A DNA stretch of 64,000 nucleotides from Octopus bimaculoides. Taxonomy: Eukaryota. The translations under genes were made by a program, and so were the position numbers. The notes under the pieces are model-generated. The model was not told the origin of the DNA. It saw nothing but the letters and a program-made list of their open reading frames with translations, and searched no databases. Positions 63,101 to 64,000 of the stretch are shown one piece after another. Location: positions 30,894,314 through 30,958,313 of the forward strand of contig NC_068985.1 in assembly GCF_001194135.2 (NCBI RefSeq), in the 5' to 3' direction. The stretch's first letter is position 1; every line of letters starts with the position of its first letter.

Positions 63101-63368
63101 GAAAGTTCAATGTTTATTAAAGACTGCAGTTTGTCACTAAAAGGTTTCTTAATAAAACTCATTTTAGAAGCTGGCTGTTGTGTATGTCTCAGTTTCTCAA
63201 CTCTGTTCATATTGATTGCATGACTTGAATTGTAAACGTTTTGTTGCTTTTTTTTTTAATCAAGATGACCGAGCACCACCTAAAGAAGTGCATGTGACTG
63301 AAGGCACCAATAAAAGTTGTATAAATATCACCTGGCAGCCACCATGCTCAGAAGAAAAAATTAAACAG
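11395..63368 (+). CDS. SORL1: Sortilin-related receptor SorLA/LR11 orthologue, partial (32 exons in window, 1635 codons; 5' and 3' exons outside window)
   Basis: 32 exons with GT-AG boundaries and matching phases give a stop-free frame. The domain order VPS10-10CC-YWTD-EGF-LDLa x10-FN3 is diagnostic of SORL1. Motifs match human SORL1 as recalled: [44 protein letters not shown]. Confidence 0.96.
11924..12093 (+). CDS. SORL1: Exon 2, VPS10 ([19 protein letters not shown]...[23 protein letters not shown])
   Basis: cAG/GTaatt, phase 0-2, 170 nt; near-identical to SORL1 [15 protein letters not shown]. Confidence 0.95.
12188..13061 (-). mobile_element. Internally deleted Tc1/mariner DD37D (maT/mori-type) transposon
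   Basis: YVWQQDS...PNSPDCNPL(N)YY with exactly 37 residues between the 2nd Asp and the third-Asp position (here Asn). C-terminus LEAVV..NGDFIE*. One end reads TA-CAGGGT at about 13061; the other TIR is missing. Confidence 0.85.
13113..13311 (+). CDS. SORL1: Exon 3, VPS10 ([23 protein letters not shown]...[15 protein letters not shown]...NCSV)
   Basis: tAG/GTaagt, phase 2-0, 199 nt; Asp-box-like FNKGGTW. Confidence 0.95.
13765..13913. mobile_element. hAT (Charlie-like) MITE, 149 bp
   Basis: Perfect 8-bp TSD AGTTAGAT (13757-64 and 13914-21); ends CAGTCATGGCCAAAC / GTTACCCATGCCTG. Confidence 0.8.
17170..17382. mobile_element. piggyBac-like MITE; related partial copy at about 48950-49143
   Basis: TTAA at 17166-69 and 17383-86; ends CCATTTTGTTA / TATCAAAAGGG. 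Confidence 0.7.
18403..18581. mobile_element. hAT (Charlie-like) MITE, 179 bp
   Basis: Perfect 8-bp TSD CATTAGAT (18395-402 and 18582-89); TIR CAGGGGTCCCCAAA / TTTGGAGACCCCTG (13/14). Confidence 0.9.
18735..18923 (+). CDS. SORL1: Exon 4, VPS10 ([10 protein letters not shown]...[18 protein letters not shown]...[10 protein letters not shown])
   Basis: cAG/GTgaga, phase 0-0, 189 nt. Confidence 0.95.
19374..20650 (+). mobile_element. Full-length (1277 bp) mariner DD34D transposon, inactive
   Basis: TA TSD at 19372-73 and 20651-52; the outer 18 bp of the TIR (TCAGGTCATCCCATAAGT) is identical at both ends. Confidence 0.95.
19556..20575 (+). pseudogene. Mariner transposase pseudogene
   Basis: HTH region ([20 protein letters not shown]), WTPHEL, TGDEKW, H*DNA*PH and [10 protein letters not shown] with D34D spacing; frameshifts and stops at 20276 and 20288. 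Confidence 0.93.
20707..20795 (+). CDS. SORL1: Exon 5, VPS10 ([29 protein letters not shown])
   Basis: tAG/GTacgt, phase 0-2, 89 nt; GDHGG motif. Confidence 0.92.
21160..21490 (-). mobile_element. 5'-truncated RTE 3' end with (GAT)n tail
   Basis: Matches the 3' UTR of the 4684-6209 element; (CAT)n at about 21163-21199. Confidence 0.85.
22098..22285 (+). mobile_element. 5'-truncated RTE 3' end with (GAT)n tail
   Basis: About 96% identical to the reverse complement of 21205-21376 (hand count). Confidence 0.85.
22600..22775 (+). CDS. SORL1: Exon 6, VPS10 (YSWNNGETW...[20 protein letters not shown]...QVNLSSIF)
   Basis: cAG/GTaagt, phase 2-1, 176 nt. Confidence 0.95.
23932..24133 (+). CDS. SORL1: Exon 7, 10CC domain ([15 protein letters not shown]...CLLG...CYNGE...[10 protein letters not shown])
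   Basis: cAG/GTttgt, phase 1-2, 202 nt; 10CC cysteine pattern. Confidence 0.93.
24865..24990 (+). CDS. SORL1: Exon 8, 10CC domain ([18 protein letters not shown]...[15 protein letters not shown])
   Basis: cAG/GTttgt, phase 2-2, 126 nt. Confidence 0.92.
25037..25418. mobile_element. Tigger/pogo-like MITE (382 bp)
   Basis: TA TSD at 25035-36 and 25419-20; degenerate TIR CAATAGAACCTTGCAGTAC / ATACTGCGAGGTATCACTG. Confidence 0.7.
25739..25821 (+). CDS. SORL1: Exon 9, end of 10CC ([27 protein letters not shown])
   Basis: cAG/GTaata, phase 2-1, 83 nt; completes exactly 10 Cys across exons 7-9. Confidence 0.93.
27415..27587 (+). CDS. SORL1: Exon 10, YWTD propeller blades 1-2 (EFLLYAQRK...[13 protein letters not shown])
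   Basis: cAG/GTtggt, phase 1-0, 173 nt. Confidence 0.92.
27900..28126 (+). CDS. SORL1: Exon 11, YWTD propeller (RLCLDGN...[17 protein letters not shown]...[13 protein letters not shown])
   Basis: cAG/GTacat, phase 0-2, 227 nt; not in the ORF track in this frame, read by hand. Confidence 0.93.
28599..28863 (+). CDS. SORL1: Exon 12, YWTD propeller (YLYWTDWS...WPNGITID...LYWTDAF...[10 protein letters not shown])
   Basis: cAG/GTatgt, phase 2-0, 265 nt; two YWTD motifs. Confidence 0.96.
28984..29026 (-). mobile_element. Helitron 3' terminus remnant
   Basis: The reverse strand reads TTTTAACCCCGAGCAACGCCAGGTATCTCTACTAG|T, matching the end at 43015-43052. Confidence 0.65.
29712..29865 (+). repeat. 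Fragment of another dispersed SINE-like repeat (GTTGGCACTCC...GTTCCAGTTGATCC..TCAACGGAACAGCCTGCTCGTGAAATTAA)
   Basis: GC-rich block next to a (TA)n/gap; recognised from memory as an abundant octopus repeat; single copy in this window. Confidence 0.45.
29921..30059 (+). CDS. SORL1: Exon 13, last YWTD blade ([21 protein letters not shown]...[13 protein letters not shown])
   Basis: tAG/GTaagt, phase 0-1, 139 nt. Confidence 0.94.
31009..31205. mobile_element. Degenerate piggyBac-like MITE; related copy at about 9302-9500
   Basis: Ends TCAA-CCCTTTGGTATT / AATGCTAAGGA-TTAA; internal similarity to 9302-9500. Confidence 0.55.
31543..31743 (+). CDS. SORL1: Exon 14, 8-Cys EGF-like domain ([17 protein letters not shown]...CLC...CYCPHG...GICKPNN)
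   Basis: cAG/GTaaat, phase 1-1, 201 nt; the 8-Cys EGF is typical of SorLA. Confidence 0.93.
32316..32426 (+). CDS. SORL1: Exon 15, LDLa repeat 1 ([36 protein letters not shown])
   Basis: cAG/GTtagt, phase 1-1, 111 nt; 6 Cys plus DGSDE. Confidence 0.94.
34835..34951 (+). CDS. SORL1: Exon 16, LDLa repeat 2 ([38 protein letters not shown])
   Basis: cAG/GTgagt, phase 1-1, 117 nt. Confidence 0.94.
36197..36550 (-). mobile_element. RTE 3' fragment
   Basis: Same 3' UTR and (GAT)n tail family. Confidence 0.8.
36905..37285 (+). mobile_element. RTE 3' fragment(s)
   Basis: Same 3' UTR and (GAT)n tail family, rearranged. Confidence 0.75.
38680..38802 (+). CDS. SORL1: Exon 17, LDLa repeat 3 ([40 protein letters not shown])
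   Basis: cAG/GTaagt, phase 1-1, 123 nt. Confidence 0.94.
40153..40269 (+). CDS. SORL1: Exon 18, LDLa repeat 4 ([38 protein letters not shown]), paralogue of exon 16
   Basis: cAG/GTgagt, phase 1-1, 117 nt; 98/117 nt identical to exon 16 (hand count). Confidence 0.92.
40894..41016 (+). CDS. SORL1: Exon 19, LDLa repeat 5 ([40 protein letters not shown]), paralogue of exon 17
   Basis: tAG/GTaagc, phase 1-1, 123 nt; 97/123 nt identical to exon 17 (hand count). Confidence 0.92.
41293..43051 (+). mobile_element. Internally deleted Helitron (5' end approximate)
   Basis: Helitron Rep N-terminal block AFRYDP...[25 protein letters not shown]...[18 protein letters not shown]...[14 protein letters not shown] (about 42330-42670). 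3' end ...GCAACGCCAGATATCTCTGCTAG|T. 5' TATATAAAA...(GTCT)n region. Confidence 0.85.
41696..42145 (+). repeat. 69-bp coding minisatellite (23-aa repeat) inside the Helitron
   Basis: (G/A)AGATGAG recurs at 41696, 41765, 41834, 41903, then after the gap at 41989, 42058, 42127. Confidence 0.9.
43609..43767 (+). CDS. SORL1: Exon 20, Thr/Ser/Pro linker plus LDLa repeat 6 ([31 protein letters not shown]...[10 protein letters not shown])
   Basis: tAG/GTaagt, phase 1-1, 159 nt; the last Cys codon is split T|GT with exon 21. Confidence 0.92.
45050..45184 (+). CDS. SORL1: Exon 21, LDLa repeat 7 ([45 protein letters not shown])
   Basis: aAG/GTaagt, phase 1-1, 135 nt. Confidence 0.92.
46030..47428 (-). 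mobile_element. RTE-clade LINE fragment containing most of the RT domain
   Basis: [43 protein letters not shown] and [11 protein letters not shown]; broken frames. Confidence 0.93.
48212..48481 (+). CDS. SORL1: Exon 22, LDLa repeats 8 and 9 ([27 protein letters not shown]...[15 protein letters not shown]...DHSDERDC)
   Basis: tAG/GTcagt, phase 1-1, 270 nt; two LDLa modules. Confidence 0.94.
49556..49699 (+). CDS. SORL1: Exon 23, LDLa repeat 10 ([41 protein letters not shown])
   Basis: cAG/GTtagt, phase 1-1, 144 nt. Confidence 0.92.
50642..50756 (+). CDS. SORL1: Exon 24, FN3-1 N-half ([25 protein letters not shown]...)
   Basis: aAG/GTaagt, phase 1-2, 115 nt; FN3 B-strand Trp. Confidence 0.88.
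51610..51900 (-). mobile_element. Highly degraded mariner-like transposase N-terminal fragment
   Basis: [11 protein letters not shown]...[10 protein letters not shown] resembles mariner HTH N-termini. Confidence 0.45.
52040..52295 (+). mobile_element. RTE 3' fragment
   Basis: GGAAGGGCATCCAGCTGTAGAAA...CATG..GGAAA..GTTAAATGATGAT tail. Confidence 0.75.
52999..53177 (+). CDS. SORL1: Exon 25, FN3-1 C-half (EVPSYTWLN...[19 protein letters not shown]...VKTNDG)
   Basis: cAG/GTaagc, phase 2-1, 179 nt; LKPxTxY FN3 motif. Confidence 0.92.
54068..54174 (+). CDS. SORL1: Exon 26, FN3-2 start ([35 protein letters not shown])
   Basis: cAG/GTgagt, phase 1-0, 107 nt; WxxPxxPxG motif. Confidence 0.92.
55205..55330 (-). 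mobile_element. 3' half of the SINE family seen at 58371-58633
   Basis: Reverse complement matches TGCGATGGA.TG.GTCCCATCCAGCTGG...GAAACCGGGAAACC..G.CCATGAGCC. Confidence 0.75.
55357..56195 (+). mobile_element. RTE-clade LINE 3' fragment
   Basis: [25 protein letters not shown] and RGRPRKTW; frameshifted. Confidence 0.88.
56358..56483 (+). CDS. SORL1: Exon 27, FN3-2 middle ([12 protein letters not shown]...[12 protein letters not shown])
   Basis: cAG/GTaagc, phase 0-0, 126 nt, open frame. Confidence 0.85.
57530..57755 (+). CDS. SORL1: Exon 28, end of FN3-2 and start of FN3-3 ([13 protein letters not shown]...[18 protein letters not shown]...)
   Basis: tAG/GTaagt, phase 0-1, 226 nt, open frame; AxTxxGxG and LSW...Y motifs. 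Confidence 0.88.
58371..58633 (+). mobile_element. Full-length tRNA-derived SINE nested in an older SINE
   Basis: A box TGGCTTAGTGG (58382-92), B box GGTTTCGATTCC (58425-36), (TTTTA)n-like tail, 9-bp TSD TATGGGGTG (58359-67 and 58634-42). Confidence 0.85.
59983..60081 (+). CDS. SORL1: Exon 29, FN3-3 C-half ([32 protein letters not shown])
   Basis: cAG/GTacag, phase 1-1, 99 nt; LxPGxxY motif. Confidence 0.92.
60175..60355 (+). repeat. Old dispersed repeat (TTTAGCCCCA.GT.AGCC...GATTTGGCT.CTATTTCTAGCAG); copies at about 1344-1534, 22935-23105, 23270-23335, 30525-30720, 49930-50060
   Basis: Recurring motif blocks in at least six places; class not assigned. Confidence 0.55.
60535..60695. mobile_element. 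161-bp MITE with 9-bp (or 8-bp) TSD
   Basis: ACCTAAGCT at 60526-34 and 60696-704; TIR ACTAGCGTAGCT / AGCTACACTAGT (11/12). Confidence 0.75.
61263..61360 (+). CDS. SORL1: Exon 30, FN3-4 N-half ([32 protein letters not shown])
   Basis: tAG/GTaaaa, phase 1-0, 98 nt. Confidence 0.87.
62360..62570 (+). CDS. SORL1: Exon 31, FN3-4 C-half (RFAIFYDT...[17 protein letters not shown]...FQTSS)
   Basis: cAG/GTaaat, phase 0-1, 211 nt; the NLxACExY motif recalls SorLA FN3 domains. Confidence 0.9.
62690..62845 (-). mobile_element. RTE 3' fragment
   Basis: Same tail family. Confidence 0.8.
63265..63368 (+). CDS. SORL1: Exon 32, FN3-5 start ([34 protein letters not shown])
   Basis: aAG/GTtagt, phase 1-0, 104 nt; PP...ITWxPP motif. 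Confidence 0.9.
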
Positions 63369-63771
63369 GTTAGTTTTTGTGCTGAAATAGCTTAAATCTA
63401 ACGTAAAAATATTTAAGGTAGTGCTGTCATAGCAAATTTATAGACTATTTTTTTTTTTATAAATTATCTGATGGAAAGACAGTTTTTCTTAGACAGGGAA
63501 TACAGTTTATGTCTGTTTGGATTCAGCATGAAAAGTTACATCGATATACCAGATTTGAAAATTTTCACTTAATTTTAAAATTTCAAGATGTGTGACAGCC
63601 ACAGAAAAGATCCAAAATTTGATCAAAGACAAAGAGTGTAAAAACTGAATATTTTATACATTGTTTTAGTGGTTCTAAATGCAAATGACTGCTGGAGGCA
63701 ACATCTTCTTTGACATTAACATTACTCTAAGATTATGACTAATTAAAGAAGAGCTTTGAGGTTATCTGTCA

Positions 63772-64000
63772 TCATCATCATCATCATCGTTTAACGTCCG
63801 CTTTCCATGCTAGCATGGGTTGGACGATTTGACTGAGGACTGGTGAAACCGGATGGCAACACCAGGCTCCAGTCTGATTTGGCAGAGTTTCTACAGCTGG
63901 ATGCCCTTCCTAACGCCAACCACTCAGAGAGTGTAGTGGGTGCTTTTACGTGTCACCCGCACGAAAACGGCCACGCTCGAAATGGTGTCTTTTATGTGCC
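63772..64000 (-). mobile_element. Young RTE 3' fragment (runs off the window)
   Basis: Near-identical to 21190-21376; (CAT)n tail. Confidence 0.85.

Noticed and set aside
11497-63264. U12-type or non-canonical introns
   Set aside because: All 31 introns are GT-AG and none has the GTATCCTT U12 donor.

Overview
AT-rich, repeat-rich eukaryotic genomic DNA with five N-gaps. The repeat families point to a coleoid cephalopod, most likely Octopus (inference). One gene spans the window on the + strand: a SORL1/SorLA (sortilin-related receptor) orthologue. I traced 32 GT-AG exons from 11395 to 63368. They splice into one open frame of 4905 nt (1635 codons) encoding the C-terminal part of the VPS10 propeller, the 10CC domain, a six-bladed YWTD propeller, an 8-Cys EGF, ten LDL-receptor class A (LDLa) repeats and four complete FN3 domains plus the start of a fifth. 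The N-terminus, transmembrane helix and tail lie outside the window. The most notable observation is an old A-B-A'-B' tandem duplication of a two-exon LDLa cassette (34835-41016). Both copies appear to be under purifying selection, and they share a 52/53-identical exon/intron donor tract. The introns contain RTE LINE fragments, several tRNA-derived SINE families, a full-length dead DD34D mariner, an internally deleted DD37D (maT) element, an internally deleted Helitron with 69-bp coding repeats, and hAT, piggyBac-like, Tigger-like and foldback MITEs. All alignments and counts were done by eye and no databases were searched. Family names rest on recalled motifs and need confirmation.
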